This document shows, in pieces, positions 8,752 through 18,486 of a DNA stretch of 64,000 bases (positions are counted from its first letter, which is position 1; each line of letters begins with the position of its first letter). The position numbers and the translations under genes were made by a program. The stretch is from assembly GCA_964501265.1 (NCBI GenBank), contig CAZCSK010000003.1:436-64435 (forward strand), in the 5' to 3' direction. Under the pieces are notes generated by a model that saw only the letters and a program-made list of their open reading frames with translations, had not been told where the DNA came from and did no database searches. Origin of the DNA: an uncultured Actinomycetes bacterium (GTDB taxonomy: Bacteria > Actinomycetota > CADDZG01 > JAHWKV01).

Positions 8752-11700
8752 ATGATGGGCGCGGATAGGGATTCGACCAACAGGCAAGCGGCTGGCCGCT
8801 CGCTGAAAGGCCGTCCTTCCCGCGCCCATCGCGCTGCTGGGGTCCTGCTTGCCGTCCTCTTTACCACTCTTTCAACGATGCCGCCTGGTGGAGTCGCCGT
8901 CGCCCAAACGGATCCGGAAGTAGAAGGAGGGCTCAGGCGCCTGGGATGGCTTTCACCGCCGGATTGGGCACTTCAGGCTGGCGCTTACGCGAATACGGTT
9001 ATCGACCCAGCAAACCGGCGCCTTTATTCGTTTCCGTCGCTTGGAAGCGCCGGGAGAGCTGTGGAGTACGACCTTAACCAGGCGATACCGGGACTGTTGC
9101 GATCCTCTGCACCTTTCCCTGCTGGTACCCACCTTAACTTATCTAGGCGAAACTCGGTAGCTTTGGACGACGATTCCGGACAAGCGATAGGTAATCGCCA
9201 TCCTCGAGTGTTCTTTATGCAGCAGAACAGTGTCCAGGCGGATCCTTTAATCAACATACTGGATCTCTCACCAGACGACCCGGCTACCCCGCAGCAGGAG
9301 GGGCTAACTCTTTCGCTGGGTTGGAACCTTCGAACAATGCTTCCCGGGTTTGCCCCTCTGGGGATCAACTACTCTTCCCAGGACGACCGGCTGTATGTGG
9401 TGGGCAATATGACTGTCTCCCAGGCTGTGTATAGTCCTTTGATAGCCGCCGGGGTGCCGGTGGTCGTGGCCGCGAGTGTGGTACTGGCTATCAAGGTTGA
9501 AACCGCCGGCGCCACCGATCCCGATCCGTCGAAGACCGTTGCCTGGGTCCGTCCGGTCGCTCAGTGCGCCTACCCAATGAACAACTGGGTCAGCGCAGCC
9601 TTCATAACCCGCAACAAGAGCGAGACCATGCCTGCCCTTTACTTTGCCTGCGTCAAGAAGGACGGCCAACCGGGGGAGTCGGGGCTGGTGCGCCTGCGGA
9701 TCACCCCCACGGCCGACCAGACCGCCGCCGCTTCGTTTCCGGTCGAGTTCTTCCCGATATCGGGCAGCTATTTTGGCGGCAGCAGCACAGGGGGGGATAA
9801 CGGCCAGCTCAACGGCCTTGCCGACTTCGACTTCGTCTCTGAGCGCTTTTTCATGCTCTCGGTATCGGCCAGGACCCCAGGAGTCTGGGTGTTCGACGGC
9901 AAGCTCTCGGCCTGGGTGGGGTTCGCCGCCAACGACGACAACCGCAACCTGGGGATGTCGGTCAACCAGGCAAACGGCCACGTCTACAGCATGGACGGCG
10001 ACCTAGAGGGTATCCGGGTGTTCGATGGACGAGCCACCCCATTGCCCAACGGCAGGGCATTTTCGGGATTCCATCCCAGGCAGTACCAACAGTATTTGGT
10101 CGACCCCGAAACTAACCGCCTGTTTGTAGTCACGAGGACAGACGTCCCGGCAGGATTTGGGGTGGGATCGCAGCAGGATGGTGTCCAGGTTCTCTTAGAC
10201 GAGACTGCCTCGGTGGACCCCCTGCCGACGGGTTACGACGCCCTGACGGCGGATGTTGCCGAAAACTCATACACGCGGACTGTTTTTGCGGGAACGGCGG
10301 GCGGCTTTGGGGTCCGAAGTCTCTTAGTGGGCGGCTGCGGAGGCCTCGAATCGTCCGGGATCGCCGGTGCATGCCTGGGGGCGGCCTCGGACCAAAGTTT
10401 AAACCCCGCAGACCGAGGATTCATCGCTGCTCGAGTGCCCGAGGTAGATGTCCGGGAGAGTGGGGCGGTAGCGACGGCCCAGTCGTTGATTTTGGACAGT
10501 AACACTGCGTCGGACTGGCAGACCCGGCAGCCAACCCAGACCGCTAGAGATTGGCCCTGGTCTCCCGCCTTATGTGCCGACCCGCAAGCAAAGCCGACTG
10601 ACACCGTGACCGCCCCAGCTGGGGAGTCTCGGGTAACCTGTAGCTCCTCCAACAGTTCGGCTTCAGCATCCTCTTTCTACGGGGAGGTCTTCTCTGCAGA
10701 GGGAGTGTCTGTCCGTTCCGCGTCGACCGATGTCTCGGTCTTCCGCGATACGGTAACCGGCACCGTCACCAGCGTCCGCGCTGTCGCGAAAGGCGTAGAG
10801 CTGTCGGTACCCGGGCAGGGGTCGATAACGATCGGCCGGATAGTAAATGAAGCGTGGACCATCGCCCACGGGTTGCCGGGCAGCGCGGACCGGGGCTGGC
10901 GGCGGCGGCTCGAGGGCGTGATACTCAAAGATTCCTCCGGCACGACTCAAACAGTCGAGGCTTGCGAGGAAAGCTCCCTTGTGAAAAGAAACTCCTGCGA
11001 CCAACTCATCGCCGCGATGAACGAGTCGCTTGGGGTCAGGATGAGAATAAGGCTCCCCGAACCTGAACTGACCAAGACTCCCAAGGGCGCATTCTCGGGG
11101 ATACGCCAGAGCGAGGGCGATTTCAGGGAAGGGGAGACGGTTCTCAACCAGGGCACCAGCTTTTCGGATGAGAACAACAAACGTCCCGCACCTGCCCTGG
11201 AGGTCGTAGTTTTCAACGACTCGGCAGAAAAGTCGCGCCTGGTCATGCAGTTCGCAGCCGTTCAGGCCAGCTCCATTTACACGATCTCGTGCCCCGAGCC
11301 GAACAGTATCGTCGGTAAGCAATGCCTGCCTCCCCCCGGGTCTCTCACTATTAGGTTGGGCGACAGGGTGCAGGATCCTGATGCCTGGGATCCCGCATAC
11401 GCGCTCTCGGGAGGCCTCTTCAAAGTCTATTCCGACACCAACTCCGACGGAGTCCTGGATCCGATCGTGGACATGCTCGCCGAGATTCCTGACGGTGGGG
11501 CGGCGACATGTGTATCCGGTGACGGATCGGGGAATTGTCAGTTCGAACTCTCACCGGGCGATTACGTCATCCATCAGGCGGCGGCGCCGCCCGGCTACGC
11601 CACCGGTCCGGACTACCCTCCGGTGGAAGACCGGCCGTTCACCATCGAGCCCGAGTTCGCCTACACCGTCGACTTCGTGAACCTGCGGGCAATCGGGTCA

Positions 11701-12744
11701 ATAGAGATCACATTGGCCGATGCCGCAACCAAGAAGCCGCTGCAAGGTGGGGTTTTCGAGGTCTTCGCCGACAATGGCGACGAGAAGGTGGGTGATGGCG
11801 ACCTCTTATTCGCCACCTGTTCCACCGACGAGGAGGGTGCCTGTCCCTTAACTCTGGCATCGCAAACCCAAGGCCCCACAAACACGGTCGTTGAGGTGCC
11901 TTTTGGCACTTATGTCATCCACCAGAAGCAAGCGCCTCGCGACTACCTCGTGGCCGAACAAGACGCGGCGGTGACTCTGGAGCTTCCCGGACAAGTGGCC
12001 AAGGCGTCGTTTACCAACGCCCTCGGTATCGCTGGGATCCTGATCGCGCTAAGCGACGACGCGCTGCCTCCCAAACCTCTCGCGGGAAGCGTTTTCGAGA
12101 CCTACGAGGGCGGGGCTTCGACTGCCGGCAGGACGAAGCTGGCTTCCTGCACTACCAATGCCACCGGAATTTGCATCTTTAGGTCCGCCGACGTTGCTTC
12201 TCCTAATGGGTCGCTAATCGAGGTGATCCCGGAGTGCCGGGAGGAGGAAGAGGAAAGGTGTCTGCCGACCGAGTTGGGAACCCTTGACTCCTCCGAGGGC
12301 CCCCTCATCATTGTTCGCCCAGGCTCGTATGTAGTGCACCAAGGTACTGCCCCTGCCGGGTACAAGACCGCCGAGGACCTCGCCTTAGATCTCGGCCCCG
12401 GGCAGGCGGCGGCGATCGTCTTTAGGAACGGCGTTCTTGCGTCTTCGGGCAGCGTGAGTGTGAACCCTACCCCCGACACAGAGACAGTTGTTGAGTACGA
12501 GAAGCCGCAAGCTTCGGCGCCTGCACCGACCTTGCAGGCCCAGCCGGTCTACACGCGCGGCGGGACCCTCCCGGAGAAGATCTTCCGTGCGCCGGTCGAC
12601 GCCTTCAAGTTTATCGTCCGCTACCCTCAAGAAGCGGCCCTTTTTGCAGGGATCCTGCTGCTGTTCGTGGCGGCAGCCTCGATGCTCTGGCGTCGGAGCT
12701 TGCTGGCTCGAACCATTGCCAGCCCCGCACTAGGCAGCTCGTGA
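8752..12744 (+). CDS. Large membrane-anchored surface protein with repeated SpaA/Cna-B-like (prealbumin-fold) domains
   Basis: Start placed at in-frame ATG 8752 (MMGADRD...), followed by a signal/anchor helix (VLLAVLFTTLSTM). The N-terminal half has propeller-like repeats (NRRLYSF, DDRLYVVGN, NGHVYSMDG, NRLFVVTR). There are three repeats of the motif G.YV(I/V)HQ..AP.(G/D)Y. C-terminal TM helix (ALFAGILLLFVAAASMLWRR). Confidence 0.7.
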   Translation: MMGADRDSTNRQAAGRSLKGRPSRAHRAAGVLLAVLFTTLSTMPPGGVAVAQTDPEVEGGLRRLGWLSPPDWALQAGAYANTVIDPANRRLYSFPSLGSAGRAVEYDLNQAIPGLLRSSAPFPAGTHLNLSRRNSVALDDDSGQAIGNRHPRVFFMQQNSVQADPLINILDLSPDDPATPQQEGLTLSLGWNLRTMLPGFAPLGINYSSQDDRLYVVGNMTVSQAVYSPLIAAGVPVVVAASVVLAIKVETAGATDPDPSKTVAWVRPVAQCAYPMNNWVSAAFITRNKSETMPALYFACVKKDGQPGESGLVRLRITPTADQTAAASFPVEFFPISGSYFGGSSTGGDNGQLNGLADFDFVSERFFMLSVSARTPGVWVFDGKLSAWVGFAANDDNRNLGMSVNQANGHVYSMDGDLEGIRVFDGRATPLPNGRAFSGFHPRQYQQYLVDPETNRLFVVTRTDVPAGFGVGSQQDGVQVLLDETASVDPLPTGYDALTADVAENSYTRTVFAGTAGGFGVRSLLVGGCGGLESSGIAGACLGAASDQSLNPADRGFIAARVPEVDVRESGAVATAQSLILDSNTASDWQTRQPTQTARDWPWSPALCADPQAKPTDTVTAPAGESRVTCSSSNSSASASSFYGEVFSAEGVSVRSASTDVSVFRDTVTGTVTSVRAVAKGVELSVPGQGSITIGRIVNEAWTIAHGLPGSADRGWRRRLEGVILKDSSGTTQTVEACEESSLVKRNSCDQLIAAMNESLGVRMRIRLPEPELTKTPKGAFSGIRQSEGDFREGETVLNQGTSFSDENNKRPAPALEVVVFNDSAEKSRLVMQFAAVQASSIYTISCPEPNSIVGKQCLPPPGSLTIRLGDRVQDPDAWDPAYALSGGLFKVYSDTNSDGVLDPIVDMLAEIPDGGAATCVSGDGSGNCQFELSPGDYVIHQAAAPPGYATGPDYPPVEDRPFTIEPEFAYTVDFVNLRAIGSIEITLADAATKKPLQGGVFEVFADNGDEKVGDGDLLFATCSTDEEGACPLTLASQTQGPTNTVVEVPFGTYVIHQKQAPRDYLVAEQDAAVTLELPGQVAKASFTNALGIAGILIALSDDALPPKPLAGSVFETYEGGASTAGRTKLASCTTNATGICIFRSADVASPNGSLIEVIPECREEEEERCLPTELGTLDSSEGPLIIVRPGSYVVHQGTAPAGYKTAEDLALDLGPGQAAAIVFRNGVLASSGSVSVNPTPDTETVVEYEKPQASAPAPTLQAQPVYTRGGTLPEKIFRAPVDAFKFIVRYPQEAALFAGILLLFVAAASMLWRRSLLARTIASPALGSS

Positions 12745-14462
12745 GTCAGGACGCGGTTACTATCGAGCAGGCAGCGACAAGGACGTCCTGGCTTAACAAG
12801 GCGTCCGGTCCGCTCTGGATGAAACTGGCGGCAGTATTTCTCGCGGGGGGCCTCCTCGGCGCGATCTCGGTTATCCAGGTCGTGCCTTCGGAGTCGATAT
12901 CGACTTCAGCTGGCCCTCTTTTAAGCAAGGAAGAGGCGGAGAAAGTTGCCCTCGGCGATCCGGGGGCCACCGTTGAGGAGGTCCGTGACTCGAAGGGCAA
13001 CGTTATCGGCTACCGGACAGTTCGGCATCCCGGGAGCGCAGGAAGCACGGCGACTGCCGGGACGGGCGGAACTTCGGGCTCCGGGGCTCTTTTGGCCGGA
13101 GCGGCGGGGACCGGCGGGGCGGGATCCTCCACAGGGGGCGGCTCCTCAGGTGGCACCTCAGGCGGTGGAACGGGCACTGGATGCAGCGGTGGAGCCACCG
13201 CCACCGGGGTCACCAGTTCGAAGATCGTCCTTGGCGTCGCCACGGTCCAGGACGGTATCGGCAAAGACTTCCTGGGAGAGATGTCTCTCGGGATGGAGGC
13301 GGCCAGGATCAAGGCTGGAAAGATCTGCGGCCGGGAGTTGGTGATGAACTACCGCTCCACCAAATGGGAGGAGCCGCAGCTCGGACTGGGTCTCATCAAA
13401 AACTTCATCGAAGGGACCTCCGCTGTCGGCGGCCCCACCTTTGCCCTTGCGGTTGTCCCCCAATCTGAGGGGCTTCGACTGGCAATCAAGAGCGGTGACA
13501 TTAACGGATCCAACAACCCGAAAGGCCCAATCCCGGTCGTCGGCACAGGCGGGATGCTGGTCGGCGAGCACTTGGAGGGCTGGGACTGGCCGGTGGCGGT
13601 CTCCTCGGCTTCTTCGGCGCGGATAATGGCCCTCAACGCCTACAACCGGATGAGTGCTGCGTCTGACCCTGACGCGACTAAATCCTCAAGCTACAGCATC
13701 GTCTTCGACAACAACTATCGCTTTGGGGCGGAAGCCGCTGAGGCGTTCAACAATGAGGTGAAGCGAATCACCGGGAGCAGCGTCCCCGGCTATAGCTCAG
13801 CCCACGGGTGCAGCAGAATCTCCTCAGAACTCGGCACGAGCTTTTGTGGAGTCGTTGCCGGACAATCGAGCTACGGGACCCAGGTCCAAAATTTCCAAAA
13901 GGGCAAGTTCGTGGCTTTGTTCCTGGAGCCGGCGACCGCGCTTGCCTGGATGAATTCGAGTGGACCGCAGCCCTCGCAGGTGACCTACGGAGTCGGCGCC
14001 GGCCAGCCGCTGTTCACCAGGGCCTTCGGGTCCGCCTGCCAGGTCAAATGCCACGGTATGTGGGTGTGGAGCGGCTACAAGCCTTACATCGAGACCTACA
14101 AGAACGATGCTGCGGTGCGCGACTTCGTGACCGACCTGGAGTCGATCAGTACGACGGCAGATCCGTACAACCAGTTCACCGAGGGTGCCTACCTCGGGAT
14201 GCAGGTTCTGATAAAGGCCCTCAGGAATGTGGGGGGGCCGCTTACCCGTCCGGCGCTCCGAGACGCTCTCAACTCCCTTTCTTTAAGTGGAACCACATCG
14301 CTGCAAGGTACGCTCGCTTGGAGCGCGGGTAACCACTTCCCGGCCGCTACCATGAGGGCGTTTGAGTTTCAATACCAGGGGACCTTCAGTTGTTGTCGGG
14401 AAAAGGACATAACTGTAGACCCCAACCCCCAGGGAACGGCCGCAGGGGTGCCGCTGCCATAA
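12741..14462 (+). CDS. Liv-type (type 1 periplasmic-binding fold) ABC substrate-binding protein, membrane-anchored with a Gly/Ser/Thr-rich linker
   Basis: 573 aa with a GTG start in a GTGA overlap with the upstream stop. N-terminal TM helix and a GGxSGG-rich linker. The binding-protein-like body (KIVLGVATVQDGIGKDF...) sits directly upstream of Liv-type permease/ATPase genes. Confidence 0.7.
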   Translation: MSQDAVTIEQAATRTSWLNKASGPLWMKLAAVFLAGGLLGAISVIQVVPSESISTSAGPLLSKEEAEKVALGDPGATVEEVRDSKGNVIGYRTVRHPGSAGSTATAGTGGTSGSGALLAGAAGTGGAGSSTGGGSSGGTSGGGTGTGCSGGATATGVTSSKIVLGVATVQDGIGKDFLGEMSLGMEAARIKAGKICGRELVMNYRSTKWEEPQLGLGLIKNFIEGTSAVGGPTFALAVVPQSEGLRLAIKSGDINGSNNPKGPIPVVGTGGMLVGEHLEGWDWPVAVSSASSARIMALNAYNRMSAASDPDATKSSSYSIVFDNNYRFGAEAAEAFNNEVKRITGSSVPGYSSAHGCSRISSELGTSFCGVVAGQSSYGTQVQNFQKGKFVALFLEPATALAWMNSSGPQPSQVTYGVGAGQPLFTRAFGSACQVKCHGMWVWSGYKPYIETYKNDAAVRDFVTDLESISTTADPYNQFTEGAYLGMQVLIKALRNVGGPLTRPALRDALNSLSLSGTTSLQGTLAWSAGNHFPAATMRAFEFQYQGTFSCCREKDITVDPNPQGTAAGVPLP

Positions 14463-14463
14463 G

Positions 14464-17400
14464 ATGTCGCTCCTGCTCACCTATGCGCTCCTCTCGATCC
14501 CGCTGATTGGCGCCTATGCCCTGTTCTCGCTGGGAATCTCGCTGATCTACCGGGCTTCGCGCGTTCTTAACCTTGCTCACGGCGCAATGGCAATGATTCC
14601 TGCGTACCTTGCTTACGCGATTGTCAAGGCGGGTAAGCCGATGACGGTTGCGCTTCCCGTGGCAGTTGTTTGCGGAGCAGCTCTGGGTGTGTGGGTGGAG
14701 CATACTTTCGTCCGCAGACTCCGCAGGCAGGGGCCCACCGCACAGACGGTGGGGACGGTGGCGGTGACGGGGCTTCTCATCACTTTGGCCGCGAGCATTT
14801 GGGGCAACACTCCGCTCCTGGCGCCTGCCGTGTTCCCGGACGGCCGCATAAACATAGGGCAGGCGGGGGTTCGCTATGGGGAGCTGGGGCTCCTGGGCGC
14901 CGCCGTCGTCGTTTCGCTCGCACTCTTTGCCTTTTTTCGCTTCACAGACTGGGGACTTGCCATGCGAGGGGCGGCGGGGAACCGGCGGGCGGCAGCGCTT
15001 ATGGGGATCGACCCCGACCGGGCCGCCTCGGCGGCTTGGGCCCTTGGAGGAGGAATGGCGGCCCTTGCCGGGGTACTTCTTGCCTCCGTCACTAACCTTG
15101 ACCCCTACACACTCTCGCTGCAGGTTCTTCCGGGATTTGTAGCGGCTCTGATAGGAGGGCTCTTGAGCCTTCCGGGGGCCCTGGTCGGCGCGGTGGTGGC
15201 CGGCCTCGCCTTCGGCCTGGTCCCGTTGATGGGGAATCTTCCGCTGATTGGAGGGGTCATGGGCTCCTCCGGATCCCCCCAATTGGTGTTGACCCTTCTC
15301 GTTCTGGTCGTAATGGCGCTCAGAGGCCGGCGGATAGTGGGTGTGGAGGCGGCAGAGGGGGGCCTGGTGGCTGCGGGTTCGTCTTTCGGCAAGCGCCGCC
15401 GCCGCGGGATGGGGCCGGTATTTGCGCTGGTCGCGATAGCGATGGTTTTCTGGCCGCACTTCGCCTCTTTCTCGATGCTCGGCACGACCCTACTTGCGAT
15501 TTCGCTGGCGCTCGCAGCGATCTCGGTGGTGGTTCTTACCGGCTGGGTTGGTCAAATCTCCCTGGCTCAGGCAAGCTTCGTAGGGATCGGGGCGCTGGTG
15601 AGCGGGATCGCGGTGCGTGCGACTGGCATCGGGTTTCCCTTGAGCCTGGTGATTGGGGCGGCGGCAGCGGGGCTTGTAGCGGGGGTGCTTGGTTTGGTGG
15701 CGCTTCGGGTCCGCGGGCTCTACCTGGCGGTGGCTACGCTGGTATTTGCTTGGATGACCGACACCTTCTTGTTCCGGACCCCATGGATGGGAGCGCAGAC
15801 GGGCACATCCACCATCCCCGGCCAACGGCTGGGAAGGCCGGGAGGCTACCCCACGCTCGACCTCAACAGCAGCAAGACCCTCTATTACGTGATGGCTGCA
15901 GTCCTGATTCTCGTTGTGTTCGCCCTCGCCAACCTAAAAGACACGAAGATCGGGCGGGCGTTTTTCGCGGTGCGTGGATCGGAGATGGCCGCCGCATCGC
16001 TCGGGATCGACGTTACTCGCTACAAGCTCATCGCCTTCGCCCTGGCAGGGACCATCGCCGGAATCGCGGGAAACCTGATCATGACCCAGCAACGCGCGGT
16101 CGTCCCAGGGCAGTTCGTCTTCACCGTCTCCCTTCAGTATCTCGCGATCGCGGTGGTCGGAGGGCTCGGGAGCCTCGGCGGAGCGATCGTCTCCGGGGCG
16201 CTGTTCGCCTCGCTCAACTTACTGTTCTTGCGGTTTACCTTTTTGACCGGCTGGCTTGATGTGGTCTCGACCGGGCTTTTGGCAATTGTGCTTCTGACCT
16301 ACCCAGGAGGGCTTGCGGCCATCCCAGGGTCGGTGGGCAGAGTTTTGGACCGCCACAAAGCTGCGCTTTACCGCGCGGCCGGGACGGTTCTCCCCGCCCT
16401 CCGGCCTGCCGCATGGGTGTTTCGGCCGGTCGTGCTTGCGGTGGGGAAGGCGCTTGCAGGCGCGTCAAGGATCTTCGGTGCAATATTCCTTTTACTCGGG
16501 CGCGCAATCGGCGCCGCATACAAGAATGTCCCGCTTCTATCTCGCCTTCGTCCCAAGCCGCACGCCCCGCGCCCCGGCGCCGCGGAGGACTGGTTCGCGG
16601 ACGCCAAGTCTGCATTCGTGTCGGCGGCCGGGCCGGTACAAACCATTTCTTTGGGAGACGGTTCCCGCGTGCTCAAGCTGTCCGAGCTGGCGGGCAAGTC
16701 CTTAAATCTCCCGATCAAGCGCGGTGACCGGCGTCCTCTGCTTGAGGCCGAGACCGTGACCGTTCGGTTCGGCGGATTGACCGCGGTTAACGACGCATCG
16801 CTTACCGTAAGAGACGGCGAGATCGTAGGACTGATCGGTCCCAACGGCGCAGGGAAGACGACTCTTTTCAACGCCATCCTCGGGCTCAACGATCCTGCCT
16901 CGGGCGCAATTCGACTTCACGGCCACGACGCCACCTCTTTATCGCCGAACCTTAGGGCTCGGCTCGGGGTAGCCCGCACCTTCCAGGTCCTTCAGCTTTT
17001 CGCGGGGCTCACCGTTTTCGACAACCTACTCGTAGGCACTCACATGAACGACCGCTCGGGTTTCGTCTCCAATCTGGTCGCCTCGCGGGCGACGCTCATC
17101 GCCGAGGAAAGGTCGAGGGACCGCGTGCGCAAGGTGCTCACGCTTTTGGACCTCGAAGAAGAGGCGCCGCTTCCGGTGAGAGGGCTCCCGTTCGGGGTGC
17201 TGCGCATGGTGGAGCTGGGGCGAGCCCTGGCCACCGGCGCGCGTCTGTTGCTCTTGGACGAGCCCGCTTCGGGCTTGAACGAGGCCGAGACCGACCGTCT
17301 CTCAGAGGTGATCAAAGGAATGCGCGCCCTTGGCGTGACCGTGCTTCTTATCGAGCACGACGTGAGGATGGTGACCGGCGTCTGCGATTACATCTATGTT

Positions 17401-17550
17401 CTTGACCAGGGGCGGATCATCGCCGAGGGAACCCCGGCGGATATACAGCGAGATCCCAAAGTGATTGCCGCCTACTTGGGCGGCGAAGAGGCGCCGGACG
17501 AGCAGGGCGAAGATGCGACCGCTCGCGCCAAGGCGGAGGTTCGCTCCTGA
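14464..17550 (+). CDS. Fused branched-chain-amino-acid-type ABC permease-permease-ATPase (LivH-LivM-LivG-like in one ORF)
   Basis: Uninterrupted 1028-aa ORF. The N-terminal ~290 aa are LivH-like (LIGAYALFSLGISLIYRASRVLNLAHGA). The middle is LivM-like (VVLTGWVGQISLAQASFVGIGA). The C-terminus is an ABC ATPase (GLIGPNGAGKTTLFN, LSFG.LR, LLLLDEPASGLN, IEHDV). Confidence 0.8.
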   Translation: MSLLLTYALLSIPLIGAYALFSLGISLIYRASRVLNLAHGAMAMIPAYLAYAIVKAGKPMTVALPVAVVCGAALGVWVEHTFVRRLRRQGPTAQTVGTVAVTGLLITLAASIWGNTPLLAPAVFPDGRINIGQAGVRYGELGLLGAAVVVSLALFAFFRFTDWGLAMRGAAGNRRAAALMGIDPDRAASAAWALGGGMAALAGVLLASVTNLDPYTLSLQVLPGFVAALIGGLLSLPGALVGAVVAGLAFGLVPLMGNLPLIGGVMGSSGSPQLVLTLLVLVVMALRGRRIVGVEAAEGGLVAAGSSFGKRRRRGMGPVFALVAIAMVFWPHFASFSMLGTTLLAISLALAAISVVVLTGWVGQISLAQASFVGIGALVSGIAVRATGIGFPLSLVIGAAAAGLVAGVLGLVALRVRGLYLAVATLVFAWMTDTFLFRTPWMGAQTGTSTIPGQRLGRPGGYPTLDLNSSKTLYYVMAAVLILVVFALANLKDTKIGRAFFAVRGSEMAAASLGIDVTRYKLIAFALAGTIAGIAGNLIMTQQRAVVPGQFVFTVSLQYLAIAVVGGLGSLGGAIVSGALFASLNLLFLRFTFLTGWLDVVSTGLLAIVLLTYPGGLAAIPGSVGRVLDRHKAALYRAAGTVLPALRPAAWVFRPVVLAVGKALAGASRIFGAIFLLLGRAIGAAYKNVPLLSRLRPKPHAPRPGAAEDWFADAKSAFVSAAGPVQTISLGDGSRVLKLSELAGKSLNLPIKRGDRRPLLEAETVTVRFGGLTAVNDASLTVRDGEIVGLIGPNGAGKTTLFNAILGLNDPASGAIRLHGHDATSLSPNLRARLGVARTFQVLQLFAGLTVFDNLLVGTHMNDRSGFVSNLVASRATLIAEERSRDRVRKVLTLLDLEEEAPLPVRGLPFGVLRMVELGRALATGARLLLLDEPASGLNEAETDRLSEVIKGMRALGVTVLLIEHDVRMVTGVCDYIYVLDQGRIIAEGTPADIQRDPKVIAAYLGGEEAPDEQGEDATARAKAEVRS

Positions 17551-18356
17551 TGCTGCAGGTCAAAGAGGCCGACGTTTTCTACGGGCCGGTGCAGGCGCTC
17601 CGCGGGGTGTCGCTAGAAGTGGGCGAGGGAGAGAAGGTAGCGCTCCTGGGCTCTAACGGCGCTGGCAAGACGACTACCCTTCGGGCGATCTCCGGGATGC
17701 TCTCACCGGCGCGAGGCGAAATCCTGCTGGAAGGAAAGGAGATCGGACGACTTCCCGCCCAGAAGGTGGTGCGTCTTGGCGTCGCCCACATGCCCGAGGG
17801 AAGGGAGCTGTTTCCCGACCTCACAGTCCATGAGAACCTCGTCCTAGGCCATTGGAGCCGGCGCCGCCAGAAGAAGCTCCTATCCGAACGGCTTGAGCGG
17901 GTATTCGACATGTTTCCGCGCCTCAGGGAGCGATCCTCCCAGCAAGCCTCGACACTTTCTGGTGGAGAGCAGCAGATGCTCACCTTCGGACGGGCGCTCA
18001 TGTGCGAGCCGCGGCTGCTACTGGTCGACGAGCTGTCCCTCGGCCTAGCGCCCAAAATCGTGGCACAACTCTTCAATGCGATCGACGAAGTGAACCGGCA
18101 GGGAACCGCGGTCTTGGTGGTCGAGCAGTTTGTGCACATGGCCCTGCGCAACACCGATCGCGCCTATGTACTTGCCAAAGGAGAGGTCGCGCTGGAAGGA
18201 AAGAGCGCCGAGCTTCTGGCGTCGCCGGATCTGCTGTCCGCTTATCTGGGGGATTCGTCCGCGGAGGCCGCTGATGATTCCAAGCCATCTTCGAACGGAG
18301 TGCCGAAAGGCCGAAGGCCGAAGACACCCAAGAAAACTAAAGGGGAGAACTCGTGA
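17550..18356 (+). CDS. livF: Branched-chain-amino-acid-type ABC transporter ATP-binding protein (LivF-like)
   Basis: 268 aa; the ATG overlaps the upstream TGA by 1 nt. Walker A GSNGAGKTT, signature LSGGEQQML and Walker B LLLVDELSLGL. Unusual Lys/Pro-rich C-terminal tail. Confidence 0.85.
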   Translation: MLQVKEADVFYGPVQALRGVSLEVGEGEKVALLGSNGAGKTTTLRAISGMLSPARGEILLEGKEIGRLPAQKVVRLGVAHMPEGRELFPDLTVHENLVLGHWSRRRQKKLLSERLERVFDMFPRLRERSSQQASTLSGGEQQMLTFGRALMCEPRLLLVDELSLGLAPKIVAQLFNAIDEVNRQGTAVLVVEQFVHMALRNTDRAYVLAKGEVALEGKSAELLASPDLLSAYLGDSSAEAADDSKPSSNGVPKGRRPKTPKKTKGENS

Positions 18357-18375
18357 AGAAAGCAAGAGATAAGCG

Positions 18376-18472
18376 GTGTCCTCCCAGGGCCGCAAATTTG
18401 GACAAAGAGGGACACCAGTTTTGACCCTCGCGACCCTAACAATAGCCCGTATGAACTAGGTAAAGTACACAT
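18376..18472 (+). repeat. Element B, copy 2 (hairpin plus promoter-like segment)
   Basis: Aligns by eye with 7892..7986 (GTGTCCTC...GAGGGACAC, CAGTTTTGACCC, ATGAACTAGG). Lies 20 nt after the livF-like stop and 15 nt before the M23 peptidase gene. Confidence 0.65.
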
Positions 18473-18486
18473 AGAAGGAGCAAAGA

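Noticed and set aside
9304-11322. Minus-strand ORFs 9304..9981 and 10663..11322.
   Set aside because: Both are antisense to the large surface-protein gene. They have low-complexity Arg/Gly/Pro composition and no motifs.
14386-15459. The 357-aa minus-strand ORF.
   Set aside because: It is antisense to the LivH-like permease domain. The translation is Arg/Pro/His-rich with no recognisable motifs, so it is a high-GC artefact.
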